A stretch of 64,000 nt of DNA, from assembly GCA_016931935.1 (NCBI GenBank), contig JAFGDW010000160.1, forward strand, positions 2,918 to 66,917, read 5' to 3'. The notes below the pieces were generated by a model. It was given only the letters and a program-made list of their open reading frames with translations, made no database searches and was not told the origin of the DNA. The position numbers and the translations under genes were made by a program. This document shows, one piece after another, positions 1-9,899 of the stretch. The first letter of the stretch is position 1. Each line of letters opens with the position of its first letter. The DNA comes from Candidatus Zhuqueibacterota bacterium. GTDB taxonomy: Bacteria > Zhuqueibacterota > Zhuqueibacteria > Thermofontimicrobiales > Thiofontviventaceae.

Positions 1-1030
1 GCTTATTCGCAAGTTCCAGTTCTTTGCGAATATAATGGTAGCCGGCTAATTGGTAATGACTGACTTTATCATCCGGGAATGCTTCCACAATTGCCTGCAT
101 TTTTTCGAATGCTTCCTGGTATTCACCGCGATTGGCTGCTGCGAGCCATTCAATTTTCATACGTTCTAGTGCAGTGGTATGATCGGCGTTCTCCATCGCG
201 CTGCGAATAGCCCGTTGTGCGGCGTTTGATTGACCGAGTTTGGTGTAAATGAGACCTGCCCAGTACTGCGCCATTGCAAAACTGGAATCCAGTTGGATCG
301 CCTGCTCAAATTTACGGATGGCATCTCCAAAATAGGCTTTATAAGCCAAACTGACACCCTCGGAGTAATATTTATAGGCTTCCCAGGAATTGGTGGAAAT
401 ATCCACGAGATCAAGATCGTTATCTGACACATCGCGATAATTTATACGCATTTTGTATTTAATTTTTTGGGACAACTCATCCACCATACCGAAAATTTGT
501 GCGAGTCCCATACCGGCAACGCGTTGCTCTTGAATTATTCGGCCATTCCGGGCATTATATAATTGTACATCAATAAGCAATGAGTCATTAAAATTGGTGA
601 AACTGCCACGAAGAATCGCTTCCACTTCAGCTTCGCGACTTATCGTTGGCATCATCTGATATGTAATGGCGCATGGCGAATCGATACTCATTTTTTTCAG
701 GATGTCATAAATGCGCTGCATCGTCATCACTTTTAAGTATCGCGATTGTGATAAGTCCCGAATGAGCATATCGGTAATGCCCTGGCATAGCCAGGACAAG
801 CTTGTATCAGTGGTCATATTTTCAAATGTAAGGACGGCAATACTCACACGTTCTTCGGCATCGAATTTTATGACAGTGGAGTTTTCACCTGAGGAAATTG
901 TATGGGTGGTGATTTCATTAGGAGCAAGTTTGATTTTGCGTCGGGGACTTTTATCTTTGCTGCATGCGGTTGTGAGAAAAAAGATTGAAAGAAGTATGAA
1001 ACCAATATTTTTTAAATTACGAATCGACAC
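1..1030 (-). CDS. Lipoprotein with TolB-N/CsgG(FlgO)-like domain followed by TPR repeats (partial, runs off left edge)
   Basis: Not in the ORF track; translated by hand. GTG at 1030 after a CAGGAGG RBS gives MSIRNLKNIGFILLSIFFLTTAC (lipobox), then SIAVLTFENMT..WLCQGITDMLIRDLSQ..RGSF..LIDVQL and TPR-like AIRKFEQAIQLDSSFAMAQY. Open to the window edge. Confidence 0.8.
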   Translation of the reverse strand, partial: MSIRNLKNIGFILLSIFFLTTACSKDKSPRRKIKLAPNEITTHTISSGENSTVIKFDAEERVSIAVLTFENMTTDTSLSWLCQGITDMLIRDLSQSRYLKVMTMQRIYDILKKMSIDSPCAITYQMMPTISREAEVEAILRGSFTNFNDSLLIDVQLYNARNGRIIQEQRVAGMGLAQIFGMVDELSQKIKYKMRINYRDVSDNDLDLVDISTNSWEAYKYYSEGVSLAYKAYFGDAIRKFEQAIQLDSSFAMAQYWAGLIYTKLGQSNAAQRAIRSAMENADHTTALERMKIEWLAAANRGEYQEAFEKMQAIVEAFPDDKVSHYQLAGYHYIRKELELANK

Positions 1031-1094
1031 GAAATGCCTCCTGAACCCAATGAAAATAATGACATGGTATGGTAGTCTTACGCAACAAACACGG

Positions 1095-3080
1095 CTAAGT
1101 TACCGAGACGGTGATCATCGTCATGTCATCATGTTGTGGGGCATTGTTTGTAAATGCGCTGATAGCGTTTAATACTTCATGCTGGATTGCATCGGCAGCG
1201 CGCTGTTCTGAATTTGCGATCGTCCGGATCAACTCTTCTTCTCCGAATTCATCCATATGTTCGTTCATTGCCTCGGAAATTCCATCGGTATAAAAAACTA
1301 TGCAATCTTCCGATTTCAGTTTCACGGTCTGTTCCTCAATTGTCTTGTTAAAAAGAATTCCTTGCTCCAGTCCTAACCCAATGCCGGGGGGAATCAACAC
1401 ATCAATATCGCAATCCTGACAGCGTTTAATGAGCAATGCATTATGACCGGCTCTGGCAAGCACGAGTGTCCGTCGCTTCCAGTTCAGTACGGCATAAATC
1501 ATTGTGACGAATACTTTTTGATCCATCGAACCGTAGAGCCGACGGTTTAGCTCACACAGCAATTCTTTGGGAGAATTATAAATATGAGTCAATGACAACA
1601 TCATTCCTTTCACCATCGCCATGTAAAACGCTGCTGACGTGCCTTTGCCAGTGACATCTGCAATGACAATACCTAATGTGTGATCGGATAGTTGAAAATA
1701 ATCAAAATAATCCCCTCCGATTTCCGTTGCCGGAATACAAATCCCGGAAATATCCAGCGCACTGATGTGCGGGGAATCCTGAGGAAGCAAACGGTTCTGT
1801 ACAGCGCGTGCAATCTCCAGCTCACGTTTGAGTCGTTCCTGTTCGGTCAATTCTTCATATAATAAAGCACTCTCAATTGCGAATGCGCCCTGACCCAATA
1901 ACGTCGCTAAAAATGATTTTTCTTCATCAGAAAATGATGTATGCGATTCGTTTGTCGCCAATAAGAGAATGCCTGCGACCTCCTGTTTTATGAGAATAGG
2001 GCAGACGAGGGAATTATCATCGACATACGCCGATATGCGAACCTTTTGGGCAAAATCAGAATATTTACTCATGAGATACAACGGCAGCGGACGGGCAGTG
2101 GATTTTAAATAATAGCACAGCGTTTCATCACGATTACATGCAAATGTTTTTTCAAATGAGTGTGGGAACGCGCTGATAAGTTGGAATGATTCGGGATTGG
2201 ATGTTGTATGTCGAATAAACAAATAACCCTGCCGACTGGATAATCCATTCACAATCCGCTGCACCATCAAATCGCAGATTTTTTTTAATTCGATGGTAAA
2301 ACCCAATTCATGACTAAAGGTTTCGATTAACGACTTCTCTCGCAAACCGCGAGTCATATAATTAAACGTATCGGTCATTTCGCCAATTTCATCACGCGAT
2401 GTAATGGTGACCTGTTGGTCTAAATCTCCCTGTGAAATACGCATCATTGCATTGGTCAGACGATTTAGGGGTATCACAATCCGGTGACTTGTGTAATACG
2501 AAGCGATAATTGCTATGACTGTAAAGATAGCCGCCAATTCCAGATTCCAAATTAAATTTTGCCTGATCGCATCATTGAGTTCCACCAATGAAAATCCCAC
2601 CTTGACGGTTCCCAAATTTTGATCGCCAATCAATATGTTTACACTCTTGGCTTCAAGGTCTTGCTGACTTTCCGCAGCAATTTGCCGTTGATCGAGTTGC
2701 GTTACAATGTTTACCTGTTCGAATGAGTTAAGGGGGCGAGCATTATCAACGTCGATCCAGTCAAGATTTAACGAACTGGCTTGCAGTTTATTGTGGTCAT
2801 CGAAAATGGCAATGTAAACAATATCAGGATTCAGCCTGATTTGGTTGTCGATGTACGATTGATACATTTCCCAATCTTCTGTTTCGACCGACCGGATGGT
2901 GGCGATATTATTTGCCAGGCGTTCCATTCTTAAGCTGACCTGTTCTGCCCGCAGATTCATTTCCCGAATAGTGAAGATGTACGTCACCGCTGCCATCATT
3001 CCCAAAACCAGCATAAGGAAAAGGAATGTGATTTTTATTTTAAGACTGATGCGTAATTTGGGAAATAGTTTTTCAAACAT
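1095..3080 (-). CDS. Membrane HAMP-GAF-PP2C (SpoIIE/RsbU-type) serine phosphatase
   Basis: Two TM segments, HAMP (PLNRLTNAM..SRDEIGEM), GAF-like region, PP2C motifs IGGDYFDY, IADVTGKG, YTDGISEA, DDMT. Start taken at ATG 3080 (ORF track starts at 3146). Confidence 0.9.
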   Translation of the reverse strand: MFEKLFPKLRISLKIKITFLFLMLVLGMMAAVTYIFTIREMNLRAEQVSLRMERLANNIATIRSVETEDWEMYQSYIDNQIRLNPDIVYIAIFDDHNKLQASSLNLDWIDVDNARPLNSFEQVNIVTQLDQRQIAAESQQDLEAKSVNILIGDQNLGTVKVGFSLVELNDAIRQNLIWNLELAAIFTVIAIIASYYTSHRIVIPLNRLTNAMMRISQGDLDQQVTITSRDEIGEMTDTFNYMTRGLREKSLIETFSHELGFTIELKKICDLMVQRIVNGLSSRQGYLFIRHTTSNPESFQLISAFPHSFEKTFACNRDETLCYYLKSTARPLPLYLMSKYSDFAQKVRISAYVDDNSLVCPILIKQEVAGILLLATNESHTSFSDEEKSFLATLLGQGAFAIESALLYEELTEQERLKRELEIARAVQNRLLPQDSPHISALDISGICIPATEIGGDYFDYFQLSDHTLGIVIADVTGKGTSAAFYMAMVKGMMLSLTHIYNSPKELLCELNRRLYGSMDQKVFVTMIYAVLNWKRRTLVLARAGHNALLIKRCQDCDIDVLIPPGIGLGLEQGILFNKTIEEQTVKLKSEDCIVFYTDGISEAMNEHMDEFGEEELIRTIANSEQRAADAIQHEVLNAISAFTNNAPQHDDMTMITVSVT

Positions 3081-3308
3081 GGAGAAATTATTCGTTTGTA
3101 AAAGTTGTTTGGAAAATTTGTATGTCATTACATAAAACAAGCTCAAATATCGTTTAGCAGTAAAATCCTGGGTGTGTTTAAAAACGACGATTTGCTAACG
3201 GCCGTTTGTTCATTTGAAGCCAATGCTAATTGCCAACAGCCAATCGTACAATTTAGGTTGTAATGATTTTTAACGGTGAACTGTGAACAAGAAACCCGTA
3301 AACCATTC

Positions 3309-3424
3309 GTATCCTTTCAATATTAGTTGGTTATGTTGATCCGCCGCAGCGGCGTGCCGTTCCGATGCATCGGAACACGAACGGTGTCGAAGCGTACACT
3401 CACCATCATTTATTGAACGGTTAA
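3309..3424. mobile_element. MITE family A, copy 1
   Basis: Left TIR GTATCCTTTCAATA, right end TATTGAACGGTTAA; perfect 8-bp flanking duplication AACCATTC (3301-3308 and 3425-3432); similar to 11091 and 53954 copies. Confidence 0.85.
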
Positions 3425-3657
3425 AACCATTCCCTGTTAACTTCTATAAATTTCAATATTTCAGCAACAACGTGACTAATATAGACAGAAACAACCTAAG
3501 AAGCAAGTGAAAATTAGGGGACAGAATTAACGTTTTTCCATTCAATTGTGAAAATTACTAAATTTTGTATCGACATCCGACGATATTCAAATATGGAAAA
3601 CAGCGACATTGCTAATAAATATAGAAATAATAATAGATGAACGATAAATAAGCGGGG

Positions 3658-4512
3658 TTGCGTATGAAGTGGGTCAGAGTACTTTTAATTGTTGCGCTGA
3701 TGATGAGTGTTTTTTCGATCAGAGTCGTCACTGCTGATGAAAAGAAAAATGTCGCTGTGCTTGATTTGGAGACGCGAGGAGCTACCACCGCTGCCGAAGC
3801 AAAAGCATTGACCGATCGGTTGCGGTCGATATTGGTACGTACGAATGCGTTTAATGTCGTGGATCGAGGAAAAATGGAAGCGATTTTGCAGGAGGTCGGA
3901 TTTCAACAATCCGGTTGTACATCCACTGAATGTGCAGTAGAGGTTGGCCGTATCCTCAATGTTAAGCAAATGGTATCCGGTTCAATCGGTAAAATCGGTA
4001 GCATGTATACCATCGACATTGCAGCAATTGATGTGGAATCATCAGCAATTCTCAAATCGTTTTCGCGCGATTATAAAGGCGAAATCGAAGGACTGATTGG
4101 AATTATGTCAGAAATTGCTAACCAGTTAGCTGGTGGTAGTGCCGGAAAACAGGGAGGCGATATTGGTAGTTTGTTACTGACCAGTAATCCTGAATCGGCC
4201 AAAGTTTTTCTCGACAACAAGCCGATTGGAAAAACACCGTTAAAAGTTGATGAACTTGAAGCTGGCGATCACAAGCTTAAAGTACTGGCAGATGGATATA
4301 AAGACAGCGAGGGTACGATTGAAGTCAAGAAGGGCGTGGTTAATAAATACAACATCACAATGAAGAAAAAAGGCGGGAAAAAATGGTTGTTATTGGGGAC
4401 AACTACTGTTGCGGTTGCGGGTGGGACAGCCGCATATGTATTATTGAATCAGAAGAAAGATGATAGTGGAACGCAAACGGGTAGTTTCCCAGCTCCGCCG
4501 GGACGGCCATAA
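3658..4512 (+). CDS. Exported CsgG/HfaB-like domain + PEGA domain protein with C-terminal hydrophobic segment and Pro-rich tail
   Basis: Signal peptide; VAVLDLE..FNVVDRGKMEAILQE..CAVEVGRILNV..GSIGKIG; PEGA-like LTSNPESAKVFLDNKPIGKTP; ends FPAPPGRP. Confidence 0.75.
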   Translation: MRMKWVRVLLIVALMMSVFSIRVVTADEKKNVAVLDLETRGATTAAEAKALTDRLRSILVRTNAFNVVDRGKMEAILQEVGFQQSGCTSTECAVEVGRILNVKQMVSGSIGKIGSMYTIDIAAIDVESSAILKSFSRDYKGEIEGLIGIMSEIANQLAGGSAGKQGGDIGSLLLTSNPESAKVFLDNKPIGKTPLKVDELEAGDHKLKVLADGYKDSEGTIEVKKGVVNKYNITMKKKGGKKWLLLGTTTVAVAGGTAAYVLLNQKKDDSGTQTGSFPAPPGRP

Positions 4513-4569
4513 TATTTGAGCATAAAGGGTGATGGGATGATTTCAAATAGAAAAAGGAGTATGGGAACA

Positions 4570-7500
4570 ATGAAAATAAAATTATGGATGACAATTTGGT
4601 TGACGGCGTTCGGATGCTATGCATCGGCGCAGGCTCAACAATTTGTGCGTGAAACTGCAAATTTTATTCCGGTTAAAAATAGCTGTGCATCGTGGGGAGA
4701 TTTCGATCGGGATGGTGATCTGGACGTGATTATTACCGGTTCTGTAGGTAACGTGACCACTAATCCATCGACTATGCTATACAGGAATAGTTTGGGCGGC
4801 AAGTTTGAGGGCGACGCACATGGCTTAATTCAGGTTGAATACAGCTCGGTGGATTGGGGAGATTACGATAACGATGGCGATGTCGATTTGATAATTGCTG
4901 GCCGTGCGTCGATTGCTGATGGTGGTATCGTCACAAAAATATATCGCAACGACGATGATGGCATTTTTTCCGATATTCAGGCCATGGTTGTTGGTGTTGA
5001 AAATGGCCGTGTTTCCTGGGGAGACGTTGATAATGACGGATTGCTTGATGTTTTGATATGTGGCGATGCAGGCGTTGCTGAAGGCGGATTTACGACTCGA
5101 ATATACCGCAATGAAGGAGATCAATCATTTTCAGAACTGCCTGTGGGATTTGTTGGGGTGGATAATGGCTTTGCGGGATTTATTGACTATGATAAGGATG
5201 CAGATTTTGACGTACTTGTTGTAGGAATTACTCCCGCTGGACGGGTTTCGAAAATGTATCGGAATGATGGATGGGGAATGTTTACCAAACTCGAAACCAA
5301 TATTACCCCCGTAGATAACGGGACAATTGCATTTGGTGATTTGGATAACGACGGTGATCAGGATGTGTTGGTTACCGGTGATGCCGGCGTTGCCAATGGC
5401 GGCCGTGTTACAAAATTATTCCGCAATAACGGTGATCATATTTTTACAGACATCAGCATCAGTTTACCGATTGTGGATAAAAGTTATGCATGCTGGGGCG
5501 ATATTGATAATGATGGCGATGCGGATATTGTACTGTCCGGATCAAATAATTCCGGAATAATTACATCAGTCTTTGAGAATAATCAAAATACCGGCGTTAC
5601 GGATATTCAGGCGGATTTGGTTGGTGTTGAAGATGGGTATGTTCATTGGGTCGATTATAATCGAGATGGATCGCTCGATCTGCTTGTAACCGGAAGTGGA
5701 ACTGCCGGAACGGAACAAACCGTTTTGTACAAAAATGTTGGTGTTACAGCAAATTTACCACCATCTGAGCCGACAAACTTACGGTCGGCAGTAAGAGCAG
5801 ACAGTATTATTTTCCAGTGGGATGCGGCAACGGATGATAATACACCCCAAGTCGCGTTGAATTATAATATACGCGTCGGTTCATGGTCAAACGAGGTCGA
5901 TATCAAATCGGCGAATGCCGACCCATCAATGGGAAATTTGTACATTATTGGGAATGGTAATGCGCCGAATAGATTGAGTTGGGTTTTAACAGAATTGAAT
6001 CCCGGCACTTATTACTGGTCTGTACAGGCGATCGATGGCGCGTATATGCCGTCCATGTTTGCTGCTGAAAAAGAAGTAACTGTTGGCGGCGGAAGCAGTG
6101 AAATTAATCTTATGGAACCGACGGATGGTGCTATCGACGTATCCACGAATGTGGAGTTGAAATGGACAGGGCCCGCAGCTTCGACATATCGTGCTCAGGT
6201 CGCACGTGAAAATTCGTTCGCCAATCCGGTTTGGGATGACGATTCAATTCCTGGACAATCAGCTTTTCCTTCTTCATTGAACGAATCAACCACTTATTAT
6301 TGGCGTGTCGGTATAACTATTGACGCTACCATGCATTGGTCTACTACCTGGAGTTTTTCTACAACGGGTGGCAGTACGACATTGGACCCACCGGTACATA
6401 GCGCACCGGCAGATGGGCAAATCGGAGTTTCCACTTCTCCTACATTGGTATGGGAACCTGCCAGTGGTGCGACATCGTATGGGCTGGATGTATCATCGGA
6501 TTATTCGTTCTCCGATGTTAGTAAAACTGTACTCACTGAAATTGGTATTCTGGGCACATCAAAACAACTATATGGATTGGCCGAAGGAACAACATACTAT
6601 TGGAGAGTATATGCTCAATATGCTGATGGTATGAGCACCTGGTCTGATCCATGGAGTTTTACGACAGCAGGAAATAGTGTTGTACTAAATCCGCCGACAC
6701 TTGCCAGTCCGAACAATGGAGCTTCCGGTATTGGTCTCGAGCCGGTATTAGTGTGGAACGAAATCACAAATGCTTTATCGTACTCTCTGCAAGTTTCTGA
6801 AGATGCATTTGCCAGTATGATTGTTTATGATGTCGGTCTTAATGGGACAAGCAAGCAGATATTTAGCCTGCAAAATGGCACTACGTATTATTGGCGCGTA
6901 AATGCCAATTATACCGGAGGAACAAGTGCCTGGTCGGAAGAATGGACTTTTACAACCGAGGGGGATAACGCAACACCTGCGCCAACACTTAATTCACCGC
7001 CGAACAATGAGGTAAATGTCAGCCGAACACCACAGTTAATTTGGAATGTTCAAGCCAACGCAACCAGTTACAATCTGGAAGTGTCGTCATCAAATGATTT
7101 CACGAATATTGTCCATCAAGTGACCAATATTACGACGACGAATCACACAATTCCTAACGAGTTGGCATCAGCGACGACATATTTCTGGCATGTGAGTGCA
7201 AATTATAGTAACGGCACAAGTCCCTGGTCACCGGCGAGGAGTTTTACAACATCTTCCGGCAGCAGTGTAACTCCTGATGTACCGCAGTTGGATGGACCGC
7301 AGAACAATGCCTTTAATCTACCGCTTGATGTTACGCTTGTTTGGCAAGCAGCTACTGATGCCGTGGTTTACCACTTGCAAATAGCCACAGATGAAGCATT
7401 TGAGTATGTCATTAGAGATATTGATAGTATTAGTGGAACGAGTAAAATCATAACAGGTCTGGAAAAAGGATATACATACTATTGGCGCGTCAATGCAGCA

Positions 7501-9150
7501 AACGGTGATGCAACAAGCAACTGGTCTGCTGTATGGAAATTCCACACAATTCTTCATAGTCCACCGATGTTCTTTCCACCGAATAATGCACAGGATATCT
7601 CGATTGGTCCGGAATTCATCTGGGGATGGGTTAGCAATACCGAGACTTACCATCTCGAAATTTCCAAAAATTCCGATTTGATGAACCTGGAGCGTGATAT
7701 TACTACTTTATCAACAGACACATCACGGGTGGTGAAAGACTTAGAGCAGGGGACTCAGTACTTTTGGCGTGTGGCGGCTGTAGATGCTGACGGAAATCAT
7801 TTCTGGTCGTCAAAACAGACGTTTACTACTTATACCTATCAGGAACAAATTGTATTAAATTCTGCTATAGAATTTCCAACGCATGCAGATCCGGCTGAGT
7901 ATAAGCCAACTGATTTTCGGTTGATGGGGATACCGGGAGCATCCAATTTGCACTTGCCTGAAATTATGGCAGGAGAATATGGAAAAGATTGGGAAGCCTA
8001 CTGGGATAATGGTTCAGCCAATGATTATTTTGAAAAATACGATGATTCGGACAAATTTAACTTTGTGGTCGGACGCGCATTTTGGGTACTCAATAACGGG
8101 GTGGTTGACATTAGTAAAAATCAGATAACGGCAGCGCCACTAAATGCAAACGATCAAACAGAAATACCATTGCATACTGGCTGGAACCTGATTACCAATC
8201 CATTTAATAAAACGATTGAATGGAACAATGTAAAAGCGGTGAATGGTATCACCGATCCGATTTATCGATTTAAAGGTAGTTTTCAGTTAGTGACAGTCAT
8301 GGAGCCATTTGAAGGATTTTATTATTTCAATGCAAATAATGCCGGCTCTTTGTTTATCCCATTTACTAATCTTTTGGCCAAAAAATCCTCAACTAATCCG
8401 AGAGCCGATTACGAGTGGCAAATTCAGTTGATGATTCAAAGCGACAATCAAGCTGATAATCTTGCCTGGCTCGGAATTGCAGACCAGGCGACCGATCAGC
8501 TTGATCGATTTGACTGTCGCAAACCACGAACACCTGGTGATGTGGCAAGTGTTTCATTCCAGCGACCACAATGGGATGCTGATTATAGTTGTTTTGCTTC
8601 GGATATACGTTCGGCGATCGATGAATATCAGGCATGGGATTTTGATGTACGGGCAGCAAAAAATAAGAGTGCAGCTTTAGCTATTGCCGGAGTTGAGCAA
8701 ATTCCTCCGCAATATGATGTTTATTTGGTAGATCAGACACAGGGTATCTATCACAATCTACGGGAGAATCCGGCATATCACTTCCGGCCAATGAATACAG
8801 TATCCACATTTCAGGTTATTATTGGTTTAACGGCGACCGTAAATGAACAATTGAAATCAGTAGTACCTTCTCAATTTGCCGTGGAGAAAAACTATCCCAA
8901 TCCGTTCAATATGGCCACCACCATTCAAATCGCTATAGCGAAAGATACCGATGTTGAATTGAAAATTTACAACTTACTCGGTCAGGAAATGCGTACCCTG
9001 CACGTGGGATTTTTATCGGCTGGACGTTATAATTTTACCTGGAATGGTACCAGTCAGCGTGGAGATATTTTGCCCACCGGTGTTTATTTTTATCGATTTG
9101 TCACGGGTGCTGGTTATCACCAGACCGGGAAGATGATTATGTTGAAGTAG
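4570..9150 (+). CDS. Large secreted T9SS cargo: FG-GAP/VCBS propeller, multiple FN3-like repeats, C-terminal sorting domain
   Basis: Repeated WGDxDNDGDxD motifs; about six TxYYWRV..WS..WxFTT repeats; C-terminal NYPNPFN..IYNLLGQ..WNG..GVYFYR..KMIMLK. ATG 4570 fits AAGGAG RBS. Confidence 0.88.
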   Translation: MKIKLWMTIWLTAFGCYASAQAQQFVRETANFIPVKNSCASWGDFDRDGDLDVIITGSVGNVTTNPSTMLYRNSLGGKFEGDAHGLIQVEYSSVDWGDYDNDGDVDLIIAGRASIADGGIVTKIYRNDDDGIFSDIQAMVVGVENGRVSWGDVDNDGLLDVLICGDAGVAEGGFTTRIYRNEGDQSFSELPVGFVGVDNGFAGFIDYDKDADFDVLVVGITPAGRVSKMYRNDGWGMFTKLETNITPVDNGTIAFGDLDNDGDQDVLVTGDAGVANGGRVTKLFRNNGDHIFTDISISLPIVDKSYACWGDIDNDGDADIVLSGSNNSGIITSVFENNQNTGVTDIQADLVGVEDGYVHWVDYNRDGSLDLLVTGSGTAGTEQTVLYKNVGVTANLPPSEPTNLRSAVRADSIIFQWDAATDDNTPQVALNYNIRVGSWSNEVDIKSANADPSMGNLYIIGNGNAPNRLSWVLTELNPGTYYWSVQAIDGAYMPSMFAAEKEVTVGGGSSEINLMEPTDGAIDVSTNVELKWTGPAASTYRAQVARENSFANPVWDDDSIPGQSAFPSSLNESTTYYWRVGITIDATMHWSTTWSFSTTGGSTTLDPPVHSAPADGQIGVSTSPTLVWEPASGATSYGLDVSSDYSFSDVSKTVLTEIGILGTSKQLYGLAEGTTYYWRVYAQYADGMSTWSDPWSFTTAGNSVVLNPPTLASPNNGASGIGLEPVLVWNEITNALSYSLQVSEDAFASMIVYDVGLNGTSKQIFSLQNGTTYYWRVNANYTGGTSAWSEEWTFTTEGDNATPAPTLNSPPNNEVNVSRTPQLIWNVQANATSYNLEVSSSNDFTNIVHQVTNITTTNHTIPNELASATTYFWHVSANYSNGTSPWSPARSFTTSSGSSVTPDVPQLDGPQNNAFNLPLDVTLVWQAATDAVVYHLQIATDEAFEYVIRDIDSISGTSKIITGLEKGYTYYWRVNAANGDATSNWSAVWKFHTILHSPPMFFPPNNAQDISIGPEFIWGWVSNTETYHLEISKNSDLMNLERDITTLSTDTSRVVKDLEQGTQYFWRVAAVDADGNHFWSSKQTFTTYTYQEQIVLNSAIEFPTHADPAEYKPTDFRLMGIPGASNLHLPEIMAGEYGKDWEAYWDNGSANDYFEKYDDSDKFNFVVGRAFWVLNNGVVDISKNQITAAPLNANDQTEIPLHTGWNLITNPFNKTIEWNNVKAVNGITDPIYRFKGSFQLVTVMEPFEGFYYFNANNAGSLFIPFTNLLAKKSSTNPRADYEWQIQLMIQSDNQADNLAWLGIADQATDQLDRFDCRKPRTPGDVASVSFQRPQWDADYSCFASDIRSAIDEYQAWDFDVRAAKNKSAALAIAGVEQIPPQYDVYLVDQTQGIYHNLRENPAYHFRPMNTVSTFQVIIGLTATVNEQLKSVVPSQFAVEKNYPNPFNMATTIQIAIAKDTDVELKIYNLLGQEMRTLHVGFLSAGRYNFTWNGTSQRGDILPTGVYFYRFVTGAGYHQTGKMIMLK

Positions 9151-9175
9151 GTTGAGACTGAATTATAAATGTTGA

Positions 9176-9207
9176 AAAGGGTAGTATTTTGATGCTACCC
9201 TTTTTTT
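9176..9207 (+). terminator. Intrinsic terminator after T9SS cargo gene
   Basis: AAAAGGGTAG-tattttgatg-CTACCCTTTTTTT hairpin with U tract. Confidence 0.7.
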
Positions 9208-9370
9208 GTATCCACTCAAAAAATGATGGTAGTAATTAAAATTGAAATCAAATAGCTTCTCAATATTTTGCAGAGCGCAGAGAGCATGGCAAAAGCACAA
9301 ATCTATCGCTATGCGCCATGCGCTATGCACTTTGCATGTATAGCTTTACCATCCGATATTGAATGGATAC
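9208..9370. mobile_element. MITE family A, copy 2 (different internal cargo)
   Basis: GTATCCACTCAA...TATTGAATGGATAC ends; flanks CTTTTTTT/TTTTTTTT; interior GCAGAGCGCAGAGAGCATGGC..CTATGCGCCATGCGCTATGC heptamer-like inverted arrays. Confidence 0.7.
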
Positions 9371-9389
9371 TTTTTTTTACATATCATTT

Positions 9390-9540
9390 GAGTGTAAAGC
9401 AAATTAGGTGGATTTATAATTTTTATGATATTTAATACTTGTCTATCATTCATCGACTCCGCTCGGAGTGAAGAATTATTGGTTTCATGCTGAACGAAGT
9501 CGAAGCATGTGGTGCATGGCCCACGATTTGATACACACTC
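9390..9540. mobile_element. Second MITE (family B) with internal REP-like pair
   Basis: Ends GAGTGTAAAGCAAAT / ATTTGATACACACTC; flanking 9-bp near-duplication ATATCATTT/AAATCATTT; internal CATCGACTCCGCTCGG and CTGAACGAAGTCGAAG. Confidence 0.6.
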
Positions 9541-9847
9541 AAATCATTTCAACATATTATGGTCTTCAACCTTGCAAAGGTTCTTCTGATGGAGCTAAAC
9601 GAAACCTATGATTGTGCTTAATCTTAACGAGAAAACCTTCGCTAGGATTTCTCGTTCACTATTTGAAAACATCTTTATTTACATCCACTCATCGTTACAA
9701 GTCTCCGACTGAAAACGCAATACGAAAGGCTCAGCCTTGAGTAGACGTTTCAGGAAAGATAATGGTGATGAAATTACGCAAATTTACATACATACTTTGT
9801 CGGAGTATTAGATCGGTGTTATACGAACATTTAAATTGATTACATCA

Positions 9848-9883
9848 ATAAAAAAGCCCTGCAAAAATCTCAGCAGGGCTTTT
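9848..9883 (-). terminator. Intrinsic terminator of the Gld-like ABC operon
   Basis: AAAAAAGCCCTGC..GCAGGGCTTTT hairpin just past the DUF4340 stop. Confidence 0.7.
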
Positions 9884-9899
9884 AACTTTTCGAACAAAT

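Noticed and set aside
166-1172. Short ORF-track ORFs, including the 153-aa + strand ORF at 711-1172
   Set aside because: They shadow a longer minus-strand lipoprotein gene (GTG 1030) that the track missed because it runs off the edge.
9200-9760. CRISPR array or structured ncRNA
   Set aside because: No regularly spaced identical repeats and no cas genes; the structure is explained by MITE and REP-like elements.
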